NCBI GenBank assembly: GCA_001949185.1
Contig: BDGG01000009.1
Span: 361,624 to 425,623, forward strand
DNA length: 64,000 nucleotides
Source: Ramazzottius varieornatus
Lineage: Eukaryota > Animalia > Tardigrada
Direction: 5' to 3'
The notes beneath the pieces were generated by a model that did not search any database, had not been told where the DNA came from, and was given only the letters and a program-made list of their open reading frames with translations. Within the stretch, counting starts at the first letter, position 1; every line of letters begins with the position of its first letter. Made by a program: the position numbers and the translations under genes. This document shows positions 49,283 to 60,521 of this stretch, one piece after another.

Positions 49283-50078
49283 TCCTCCTGCTGCTTCACG
49301 TCTTTCGTGATGAATCTCGTCCAGTTAGTATACTTAGTAAGACAACGAACACCACCACAAGAAAGAAACGCGCGGATTACTACTCGAACGGAAAACATCA
49401 AAAACTGGAAAAGAAATTGGCAAGCCGAAGAATCAACAATGTCAGAATTTCCCCAGCAGACAGATTTCGTCATCAAACACGTCCTGCGCAGACCGCCGAA
49501 CTCGTCTGTTCTTCGAATGTTTGTAAATTCAGTTCACTGCATTGACTGGCAAGTCCAGCTTCCGCGGATGCAGAATGCGTTCAAAGTTGTTCAGTTCAAA
49601 TAAAAATTCCGAGAGGAAGTGGGGAGTGGTAGACAGCGACTGGGTATGCGGACGGGAATACCCGTCAAGACCGGAGAACTTGCAAAAACCCAAGAATTGT
49701 GAGTGTTTAGACCGTGGGCCGGTGGCATAGGCAAAGACGTTATTCAACTGGCCATATCAGCGCCAGCTATGCGTACCGTATTTTGAAGGACGTTCATACT
49801 ATCACTACGTATACAAGATACAAACATCTTATTCGAACTGGACCAGAAAAACTAATAAAATCTGAAAATCGATGTGGCACATAAAAGAAAAACCGTAAGA
49901 AATAGAGGAACTACTTCGTGAATAATTTAGCAATAAATATGGAAAATCGGAAGAAATCAGTGAGAATCAGTGTGCAGACCACGAACCATCATCCAGAAAA
50001 AGGAGAACGAAGAAAATTGTCCGGGACAGCTATCACAACTGGGGAGTAGTCGTAGTTCAGTACACAGTACAAAAGCTT

Positions 50079-53000
50079 TCAGGAAGGGCTGTCCTTGTTC
50101 TGCTCTAACTCCGGTGGCGGCTGAAGGTCCTTGGCCGCTAGCTCGATCAGCATCCTGGCGGCCTCTGAGTCGGGAGCCACCACCTTCTTGCCCTTCTCCA
50201 GCCAGAGGTCTTGCTGAGCATGGATGGACTTGGTGTTGTTGATGACAGACCCGTCGGGTGTGCCGTAGTTGGCTGAGGTGGAGTAGGGATCATAGCCTAG
50301 GCGTTGAAGCATGGGTGCCAGGGTGGCCATATCGTTGAGGACGTCCTGCGGGATACTGCCCACCCATTTGCCCAGAGCGTCAACGTTGACTGGCTTGATG
50401 ACTTGGTCCGACGAACGTTCCACACTACGAAAGAAGACCAACCGTTATTGAACAAACATTCGCATACGAAAAACCTCACAAACGCGGCCTTCGGATTATC
50501 ATCATTCATTTTTGCGTAGACAATACCAACCGTGGGAGAATATTGTGCGCAACAGTTACTTCTGCCCTTTTTCTACGATGTAACCGTTAACTGTCACGGC
50601 CGTGCTCGGCACAGACTTGACAGGCATCACCGTAGAAAGAGGCCAGAATGAGTCGTCCCACACTGGCTGCTGAATTATCCAACGGGGACGTCAACTGAAG
50701 TAAATAATTTCTGCTCAAAGGGTGATTGACTTATGGGGACAGTGTGTACTCTAGGACTAAGTTTTGACGAAACATGCAGAGGGAGAAGGAAGACGCAGTT
50801 ACTTACTTGGACAGTGCAACACCTCCGGGTTTGCCCACCATGTCTTCGTGATGAAGCATGACATCGTCCCAAGGCAATGCCAGGAAGGTGGAAATGCGTT
50901 GTAGCCAGACTTTGGGATGAAGGACCAATTGCTCGTAGTAGACCAGCATGCATCGATCAGGCCCCACTTGCCGACACTGCGCAAACATCAGCTCCATGGC
51001 TGAATTCCACTTCTCCATGCATTCCCTACAAGAGCCGGATAAGATCACATGGAGCATGAGGCTCACTATTCTAAAGGAAAATACTGCTGATACTGGTACC
51101 GATAACTGTCCAACTTGAAGCCGGTAATGGTGATCTTTCGGGAAATGATGGAGTGGACGGTGGCGCGACCGTCGCGAACCATAAAGAGAAACTTGGCGTT
51201 AGGGAAGAGCTCCGACAAGTAGGCAGCACTCTTCATGGTGAAGGGGTCCTTGTTGCAGAAGCGCTCGGCTGGATCTCCGTGACGCACAATAACCTACCGA
51301 CGCAAACCCAAATCAACCCAACATTTTTATTTTAATATAGTATCATGTGACTTTATATGGAAGCTCAGCGAATAATCTCGACAAGACCATTTTTTTCAAA
51401 TGGCGCACGACTGCAGCCAGTAACTCTGACAACGTGCACCACTGCGAACGACAAACTCGACAAGATTGTTCTTTCAAGTGGTGCACGCATCGGGTCAGTA
51501 ACACAGTCAAAGTGCGCCACTTCGAATGGCGAATTTTTAGAGCTTGCTTGACTAGGTCCCATACTTTCTTCATAGTCTTTCCCTTTACTCAGAATTTTTC
51601 CCTTCGTTCCAGACTTTGATTTATGAGAATACGATTCTGTATCAGTGTCACCGCGCCATCTCGCCTTCACGTATTTTCTTCGATTGCATGCCGACAATTG
51701 AAAGTTCATCACGTCCGGTATGGCAACTGTATCGCACAGCAGGACAGGGTAAAGCTTTCGTTGAATACCGTCTCCTGGCTCTTGGTTTATTGAACGCGAT
51801 AAGGAACACATGCAATATTTTATAGCGCAGCATGTATTAATGGCTTTTCTTGCGGGTGTTAAGTGGCTTTACGGGAAGCACAACCGATGGCATAAAGCAC
51901 CCATAAAGTGATGAGAATCGATCATCTACGCCAAGAGAGGGGAATATCCCATCATCCCTCGACTTATTGTCGTAAGCATCACTATTATCCGTGTTTAACA
52001 AGGCCTAAAACGCAACAGTAGCGCCATGAATCAATAGGCAGCTCTTACATCTTCATCTTATTACGTTTTTCGTCCATCCCGCTACACTTCACTTCACCCT
52101 TCCACAACTGTCAAGCTTTGTGAATTGTGACGGGACATACATGCACAAGAAACCCTTCGGATGAGTTCGATGGGTTATTATTATATTACACGAGTTATGA
52201 GCTTGGTGTCAACATGGCTCCATGCATTACTGCACGAACGCCAACTTGGTTTGGCTTCTTTGATGTCTTCCCACATGACAGTTTGCGACAACATCGGCCA
52301 TGTTTGCTCAAGCAACATCTCTTTCTTGTATCAATGTATTTCCACCAACGTCCGCGGCATTGTTGCTGTAAGGCGGACATTCACCGGTCTCCTCTTTCGC
52401 ACAAGTTTCGCCCATACTACCGGATTGAAAAGTAACTTTGCCCTTTTCCTATGAGATACCAAGGTCATGCCTAGCACGGACTTGGCAGGATTGTACGTAG
52501 AAAAAGGGCAAAACTGAACACCTGTCAAGGGCGTGCTCGGCACAACCTTGACAAGCAGTTTCGTTGAAAACGAACGAGCCTATCTCAAAATCTTTCCGCG
52601 GCTGGAAAACACATAGGAGAGAAGAATAGACATATAAAGTGAATTTTATTGTGAAGTATACTGGTACCTCTAGAATGAAAGCAGCAAAGGCCGGGTTGAT
52701 CACATCGTCCGTGACGCCGGCACTGTGAAGACGGCGCATTTCCTTGTCGGACTTGAGCCACATTTGGCGCAGGGCTAGAAGACGGGGAATGACGCGCGTT
52801 TCCTCCCCGCAACGGACCGCGGGATGAGCGTCCAGCATGGCCCGCATCAACGTTGTGCCTGCAAGCAGAAGCAAGTAAATGACATATGCTAATCCAATTA
52901 GCGGCTCTTTCATCAAATGAAATAGATCTTTGATGGCACCAGAGCAGAAAAGACAACTCACTTCATTCGTGCTGGGCATAAAAGGGTCTTCAACCATTCG

Positions 53001-53616
53001 CTCAGCACCAAAACCCTGCTCTACGTCTTGTGGTACACATTATTCCCAAAAAAGGTCTGACCAGCAGCCAAGAGCCAGCACTTTAGGCCATGGGTCGCGC
53101 AGGCATGAAACACTGCTGACCAGCGGCTATTACATCACTGATAAACATCCCCACGTACATATTAGTAACATCACACATAATCCTCACATCACACCAACCT
53201 CACACACTCGATAAAGTGGCGCAGCCCACGGGTTTAATAACTGGTCATAACGCGCCACCACACTTCATTCAGTTTTCATCCAGATAATTTGTTCTTTTCA
53301 AAAAGTTTGCGTCCGAGCGCTCGTTCGACAGTTCGATACAAAAACGGCTCGACTATTTTCTGGAGAGCGGAAGACGGGAAGGTGAATGAAGGTACTTACC
53401 GCTGCGGGGCATGCCTCCTACGAAGATGAGCGGTATATTCTGATCGTAAGAGTAGGTCTGCTTCGTGATCTTGTCCTGCACAAATCCCCGCCGGACTAGC
53501 GTATTCGAGGCACATTGGAGCGGTGTGATGAAAGCCGTCAGGAGAGCAATGAGGAGGATCAAGATGAGGATCAGCAGAACACGTTTGGCCAGCCATCCGC
53601 GCATTACTGCCGTCAT
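50079..53616 (-). CDS. TPST: Protein-tyrosine sulfotransferase, multi-exon
   Basis: Type II TM segment, [11 protein letters not shown]|[55 protein letters not shown]. Confidence 0.97.
50560..50648. repeat. Family B fold-back (TPST intron)
   Basis: TTCTGCCCTTTTTCTACG..TGTCACGGCCGTGCTCGGCACAGACTTGACA..CGTAGAAAGAGGCCAGAA. Confidence 0.88.
51358..51561. repeat. Family A palindrome x2 (TPST intron)
   Basis: Arms 51397/51434 and 51475/51512, 25-nt spacers. Confidence 0.9.
52437..52570. repeat. Family B fold-back plus a second inner core (TPST intron)
   Basis: TTTGCCCTTTTCCTA..CGTAGAAAAAGGGCAAA then TGTCAAGGGCGTGCTCGGCACAACCTTGACA. Confidence 0.88.
53213..53261. repeat. Family A core (TPST intron)
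   Basis: AAAGTGGCGCAG-N25-ACGCGCCACCAC. Confidence 0.7.
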
Positions 53617-54721
53617 CCCGTCTCCCTTCAGCCCAAGATACTACCTTGATTCTTGATTGAAGCCAGCGTCATTCAACAATTTCTGCCGTCCGTTTCATTC
53701 GTGATAAACTATGAATTTATGATTTCGTTAATGATGGTTAATCCGTCAGACATCTGAAATTGATCATCAATCTATCTTCAGCCTGCTTTTCGCCATCAAT
53801 ATCGGCTGATCTATTGCAGGAACCCTCCTAAAGAGGAAGAGTAAACATTGGAGGAAGAAGGAAAGATCAAACGCTGGCAGCGCACAGTTTGCGTAGCCGA
53901 AGGAGAAGTGGCTTTTGTTCGACGCGGGTCACAGAAAGATACTCTGGAGCAAACGATGCAAGGCATATAGTCAACAAGGATGGAGTAGAGGGAATGACTG
54001 AGTGGGTATCGACAATCGGAAAGCGATGCCGTTTTCATTGAAATGTATTACACTGTCACTTCATTCATTCGTCTGTCACATGTCATGTCAAGTATCACGC
54101 TCTGACGTCACTGCGAAACCAGATGTAAGCAGTCAAATCACGTGCAAAGGCTCCCTTTCGGATACCATTGGTATTCTTGGGCTCCTGCTGCGTGGCTTGT
54201 CCTGTCATGTCTGGTTACCCGAACGGTTCACATTCAGAAATAACCATTATCGGCTCGAGCAGACCCTAACGCCTTCATCAGATCGTAAAGCTGGTCACCT
54301 GTCTGCCAAATTACAGGTACGCGCTAGGCTGCCGAACAAGTTCCAGATAACCAGCTTATAAAGCACCAGAGACTCGAGTCCTCTATGAGACATGCACAGC
54401 AGGACCAACAAAGAAAAAGACTAAATCAGTGTCCAAATGATACCTGAAACCGGTGGTAAGGTGTGTGGCACGATATCACCTCCTGCTCGGATCGCTCATC
54501 TACTGGTACCGATGTGGCAGAAAGGGACCTACATTCGATATGAAACCATGGATACGTCCCAGAATTGCCACTACTCCGAGAGCAAATCCTGCTTCGTTGG
54601 TTGTAGAAGGCCGGAAGATGTCCGCAGCTCTGATCGGCCATCTTCCGGATTATTCGTGATTTTTGGCGGACCATTTAGTTGACCTTGATAGTGCTTGCGT
54701 CTAGCTAACCGTTGAAAGAGG

Positions 54722-55888
54722 ATGGACAGCTCAGGCTTCGGCGGTTCCATCTTGATGCGATCGGTTGCAATGACGGAAATCACCCAATTGGCAGAACAGG
54801 ATGCGCAACATCCGGAGCATTCTGTGGACGTCAACCCGAAGGAAATGACTGGTGAGAGCAGATATTTTATCAAAACCAGCTCTAATTTCGCTCCAGGCCA
54901 AGGTTAAAGAGTGGTCCTAGTCTGCTTTCGACTGTCCATCCGTTAAATTGCTCATGGCACTGTACGCGTTTTGGTAGCAGGTGACGCTCGGGATAGCAGT
55001 TCGAAGGAAGACACGACGCATCCCTTCGCCAGTCGTTTGTTGGCCGTCCTGCCCAACGCCATGTGTCCATACCTGCCGGGCGACCGTACTCGCACAGGAT
55101 ACTACGGACTGCGCACACCCATCTGCTTCTACACCGAGACTGGCGAGCAAGTCACATACGACCCGGCTTTTGTTCAGCCCTCCTCTTCGTCGAGCTCCAA
55201 CACTCCGCCTAATCCTGGCACAGCGCCCTCTCCGTCCGCGCTCAAGACCACCATAGCAGCCAGCAAAAGCTTCGTTGGCTCCTTGGCTTCCAACGACAGT
55301 AGCGTCAACAGTAGCGGCGGAAGGGTAAGCCTCGCCAAATTTAGAAGCTTAGCAAACAAATTCGAACAGATCTTTCTCCAAAGTGGCGCACGCACTCAGA
55401 CAGTAACACTGAACATGTGCGCCACTGCGAAATGCAATCAAATTCACCAGCCTTGTTTTTCCAAGTGGCGCATAAATCCTGCCGATATCGCTACTAAGGT
55501 GCGCCACCTGGGAAAACGATCTGCCTAAGTTTATATGCCGAGCTTTCATTTGAACCTCAGCTTCTGAATAGCAAGTTTTACAACCTTAACCTGAATAGCC
55601 TTCTCTGGAGAGTAGTTTTACAACCGTTTTAACAACTGGTGGTTTCAGGATCCGAGTATCTGGCCGATTGTTACGCAAAGTCAGCCACAGTTCTGGCCGA
55701 ACCGTGGAGGACAAAATGGTCGACGGACGGACAATGATGGGAACGGCGGCGGGCGTGGTGGTGGCCGTGGAAGATATCATCAGCGAGGTGGCGCCGGTCG
55801 GCTTCGACGTGGTGGGGCCAGCAACCACAATAACGGCGGCGCAGCGCGTCAAAATCAGCAACCACCACAAGCAACTGCCACTCAGTGA
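54722..55888 (+). CDS. Orphan ~237-aa protein with a Ser-rich middle and an RGG/RG-rich C-terminus (exons 54722-54851, 54981-55324, 55649-55888)
   Basis: Two GT-AG introns join in frame; last exon reads ..NRGGQNGRR..GGGRGGGRGRYHQRGGAGRLRRGG..QNQQPPQATATQ*. Confidence 0.7.
55345..55548. repeat. Family A palindrome x2 (intron of the RGG gene)
   Basis: Arms 55380/55417 and 55462/55499, 25-nt spacers. Confidence 0.9.
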
Positions 55889-56692
55889 AGAAACTATTCG
55901 TCTCGCTCGTGTTCTTTCAAAGACATTCCTCGCGTTCCGAGGCATCTGGTCTTTCAAATTTTGTAAAGTCTTTGTAAGCTTGTCAGTGCACGTGCAGCTA
56001 ACGGCTGTTACGCGCTGAAACCTGTAGCGAATATTCTTTGGGCTTTTCTTATGGTTTCGTACAGTTGATTTTTCTTTTCGCCCTCGAGAATTTGATGTCT
56101 GGCTTTTTGTTCTCTTTAGTCCCTTATGCAACTTCTTGGTTTTTTCTCTGTCAAGTTTCGCATGTTAGGTTTGTTCATTATTGTTATGGTTATATAGCTA
56201 GCTGACCAGTTTTAGTAAAGTAAGATGGTAAGATCTGCTTGAAGGACCAGCACTCGACAAGATGGCACTCCGCGCTCAGTTTGCCGCGCAGTCAGCCAAT
56301 CCCGCGGTATAGGACGGTGTACGGACTTTCCTGACGGTATCAAGTATGGCAAGACTTCGAAGTTGTTTAGAAGAAGATTTTTCCCCAAAACGTCCCGGGT
56401 GGCAGCCTGGCACTATCTTACGCCGTTCTTCTTCGTTTATTAAAGCACTGCCTGCCTCGCATCATGAGTCATGTCGTCATTGCGATTCGCTAAAATAGGC
56501 TGGGGTCTTTGCCAACTTTGAGATTGATCGATCAATCAATCGAATAACTGTCAGGCACAATGCGAGGGAAGCTCAAGATGATGGATCTGCATACTGCCAG
56601 CGATACAATGATACTGCATTTTAATTTACTGTAGATCCCATTTTGTTCTTGCTAAAGATCTCCAATGTGATGATTACCAGCGTCCCTCAGCA

Positions 56693-58577
56693 ATGAACTG
56701 GTGGAGATCGCTGTCATGGACAAGACTGCCTCGTAAACTGAGTGAAGCCGTAGCAAGTGAGGGTTCCAAAACTGGTTTATTTCCTCCGACCACCAACAAG
56801 CAACACAAGCTCTGGCTGATCCTTATTATTCCTTTGAGCGTCCTCCTCATCTTTCAAATTTGTCGCCTCATTTACCAAAATCCCACCTTACTCCCTCAGT
56901 CCTCTACCACCACGACTCGCAAAGTCTTTCAGCAAAATGCTCAAACACTTCAGACACCCAAGACCGAAGGCCGGTAAGTTCCGCGTAGTGATCGACATTC
57001 GTCATGCGAAATCGAATCACTCATATCGGACATCAACAAAGGACTGGAAAACAATCGTTGTCCAAGTGGCGCACACTTTGACGAAATAAAAATGGGAAAG
57101 TGCGCCACTTGGGATAACGATTCTGTTCAGTTCATTTATACCGACGGTCCCTATTCTGTGTCATAGTTTCTTTCAATAGGTCACTCATCCACCGTCTTCG
57201 ATGGCGCGTTCGCAACACTTTCCAGCGTTCTTTCCCCCCGCCTACAGCGACACAAGTCTCTGAAGGCCTCTTACTGCACAACATGGAGCAGATTACCTGC
57301 GCGGGACTGGGTAACTTTCTGTTTGCAGTGGCATCGGTGATTGGAGTCGCCCGAAGCACCTATCGTCAGCCCGGGCTCTTCCAAGGTATGGGAACTGCCC
57401 GACAGGGGCTATTTCCCCACCTGAACTTCTACGCCGTCCCCAAAGCACAAAGTCTGACGGACGACAAGCTGAAGAATGTGATCATTGATACGGGCGTGGC
57501 CGGCATTCATAATCTGGATATCTACAAGCAGATTATGCAAAGCCGGAAGAACGATGACGGTCTTGTCGATTTCGTCATCATTTCTGGTTCGTTGCCATTT
57601 TCCCCTTCTAGGGAATGGATCTCTGTCCCAGAAGACTCCCAACGTGCCGCAAAATCTTTCAACTTAGACGCTGTGTGGATTCTGCCCTTTTCCCACGGAA
57701 ATGCCGGTCAAGTTTGTACTGAGTACGGCTTGATCAATATTGCGTAGGAAAGGGCAAAATCCATTTTGCACCCAACATGTATTCCCATGACTTGTCCCAA
57801 TTCTGAACTTGAGATCACATTGTTACTTTGGAGTAAAAAAGTTTTGTGTTTGCGGGAAAATGTCGGTCGAATTTAACAAGAAATTTCCGACAAAGCAGTT
57901 TTTATGCATGGTGTTTGTTTTGTTTGACAGGTTACATGCAGTCGTGGCGGTACCTCGAAGCGTTCCACGACGAGGTTCGCCAACGCCTACAGTTCGCTCC
58001 ATCCATCTACGAGAGCGCCATTCAAGCTTTGGTCCTCAACACACCCAAATATATTTTAAAGAACTCCAGCCGCCCTGACGGTCAACCTTACACTCTGGTG
58101 GGCATTCACGTGCGGCGAGGCGACATGGTCAACCACGGTTACGGCTACCAGCCAGCATCGGAAGCCTACCTGCTGGCCTGCGTCTCCTACTTCACTCGGT
58201 ACTACCCCAACGTTCTCTTTGTCGTTGCCAGTAACGATATATCTTACTGCCCGAAGCTTTTTCAAGGCTCTTTTGTCTTCATCGCAACGGTGAACCCACC
58301 GGAAGTAGACATGGCTCTGCTGACACTGATGGACCACCTCATCCTTTCTGTGGGTACTTTTGGGTGGTGGAGCGCTTACCTTAAAGACGCCATAGAGATT
58401 TGGTTCTATAAAACGTGGTACAAGTCCGGATCAGGGGTAGAGAACGAATATGTTTCACGCGATTACTTTCTACCGACTTGGAACGTCTCCGACTATAAAC
58501 AGCTGATGCTTCTTCGTCGTTGGACTACTGTAGGATGTTTGTTAACCTTGTTCGTCTGTTACACCATTGTCCAGTGA
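56693..58577 (+). CDS. Galactoside 2-alpha-L-fucosyltransferase (GT11 family), multi-exon; 3' end approximate
   Basis: Type II TM segment, AGLGNFLF, GYMQSWRY, VGIHVRRGD, DMALL..DHLILSVGTFGWWSAYL, DYFLPTW. Confidence 0.9.
57050..57125. repeat. Family A palindrome (GT11 intron)
   Basis: Perfect arms CAAGTGGCGCAC 57063 / GTGCGCCACTTG 57100, 25-nt spacer. Confidence 0.92.
57680..57759. repeat. Family B fold-back (GT11 intron)
   Basis: TTCTGCCCTTTTCCCACG..GTCAAG..CTTGAT..CGTAGGAAAGGGCAAAA. Confidence 0.82.
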
Positions 58578-58921
58578 ACCTTGTCTTTCGAATCCTCAAG
58601 TGATGCATTTCGCTTCCCAGACGAAACGGGCCCAGTAAAACTAATAACGCCCTGTAAAGCAGTGACGTCACTTCCGGTTGACTGGTAAGTTATTGATAGC
58701 GCTGGGCGCGGCCATGCACTTCTCTTTCCTTGAAATGCGTCGGCCACTTTGGCTATCGTGGTATGAATTCCCATCAGCTTCAACCTTTATTACTGGGAAG
58801 TTCTAAACAAGTAGCACCAAGCACTGGGGCTCTTTACCAAACGCTGCTGTGCAAAAGGGTAACGAAGGTATCGCACATTCGATTCTACCTGCGCATCACG
58901 ATCGAATCATCAATTGGGGTT

Positions 58922-59007
58922 TGGGACATCGGCAAATGAATTCACCAGGTCATTTTTCCGAGCGGCGCACGCTCTCGAATACTGAAAATGAAAACGTACG
59001 CCGCTGA
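58922..59007. repeat. Family A palindrome (5' part of the GT32 locus)
   Basis: TGGGACATCGGCAAATGAATTCACC.. terminus; arms 58959/58996, 25-nt spacer. Confidence 0.88.
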
Positions 59008-59021
59008 AGATAGCACTCTGC

Positions 59022-60268
59022 GTGGAATCGCTTTTCAAAGTTGGACGTCCAACTTCTAATTTACACACCGTACATTATTACGGGTATATGTCCATGATGT
59101 CGCAGTTCGGGCTCCTGGGGTTGGGGAACATGGAAGAGATCGAAGATACCAACATAACATCAGAGGACTTGCTTCGGACGGGCACGCCCGCCAAAGCTGA
59201 TTTTCTGATCGTTCATTACGTCCGGCTGTTAACTGATGGAACTCAGGGCGCACCTTTGAGCTTCGTCGACTGTCTGGGACTCTATTCAGTGTTTCTCCTA
59301 CTCAAGCCCGATCGCATTCTGCTCCATGCCAACTCGAAAGACGTCTGAACCTTAGAGAACAGTGAAGCGCTGCTAAACAAGACACTGAATTGGTCCATCG
59401 TTCAAACCATCCTGGCGCCCTTGCAACGCACCATCAACGGCAAGACCATCAGCTACATCGCGCACGAAGCCGATATCCGTAAGTTGCGCGCCCTGGAAGA
59501 ATACGGAGGGATAGTATTGGACTTTGACGTGGTAATCCTCAATGGTAGCACAGTGCGGGCCTTGTGGACCATTACGCCCTGTTTCATCTGCTGGGAACCA
59601 GCGCGCAACTCGGCCAATTCCGGCTTCCTTGGCTGTCGCCAGAAAAACGCCACCTATCCGCGGTCGATTCTGAAACAGTACGAAGTGGCTTATAACCCCA
59701 ACTGTTGGTCCTGTAACAGCGGATTCGTGCCATGGAACATCTGGAACGACAACAAAGGTGAGACTAAAATGGCAGTCCGGGTCAACAGAGCCGACCAGAT
59801 CGTTTCCCCAAGTGACCCACGCTTTCAGCTGAAAACACTGGAAATTTACGCGACTTGAGAAAACGATCTTGACGAAGTGAAGAAGTCTCCAGCCTGAAAC
59901 ACTGGTAACATGCGTCTCTGGAAAAAATGATCTGGTGGACGTCGTTTGTCGAACTCCCAACTGAATACTGTATTCCTGTCCTGCAGACCACACAGTTTCT
60001 TTGTCTATTTCAGATATAGCCGTTTTGGCCGATAATGTTTGCAACAACCCGGACTTTTACCAGCGAGACAAGATCAATGAGCAGCGCGGCAAGTACGGTT
60101 GGAACTTGGAGAGACAAGCCGGCCTATCACTCTTTCCTTCACGACAAGGATTTCAACCGGACCAGCGCCAACCACTTGAACTCAGCTTTGGGGGGTGTCT
60201 TCCGCTGGCTCCTGACGGGCGCTCCCCCAGACCTGATGGGGCAACAGATTCCCCCTGTTCTTGACTGA
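59022..60268 (+). pseudogene. GT32-family (alpha-1,4-glycosyltransferase, DXD motif) gene with an in-frame TGA and a +1 frameshift
   Basis: IVHYV..CLGLYSV..LKPDRILLH, AHEADIRKLRALEEYGGIVLDFDV; TGA at 59346-59348 inside a continuous frame; apparent extra T at 60106-60107. Confidence 0.75.
59795..59959. repeat. Family A palindrome plus a degenerate second unit (GT32 intron)
   Basis: Arms 59809/59846, 25-nt spacer, GATCGTTT/AAAACGATC flanks. Confidence 0.8.
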
Positions 60269-60521
60269 AATGTATTGCTCTTTCAAAATTTGACCAAAAG
60301 TCAAGACTTGTCGTCTGGATTCACTTCTCTTTCAGACCACGTTTTCTTTACTTTTGAAATGTTTTTGTGTGGTTTTTCTGTGATGTTTTACTGTGGGTCG
60401 AAGCAAAGGCCGCAAACCCGAGCTATAAGGCACACTTCGTTATAAATATACATAATAATAAAGATAAAGTTCCCAGAAAACGTCGGAACAGAAACCGAAA
60501 GAAATTATTATTTATTCTGAG

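Noticed and set aside
59346-59348. In-frame TGA as selenocysteine
   Set aside because: The position fits Trp better than Cys, a second lesion (frameshift) exists, and no SECIS was recognised.
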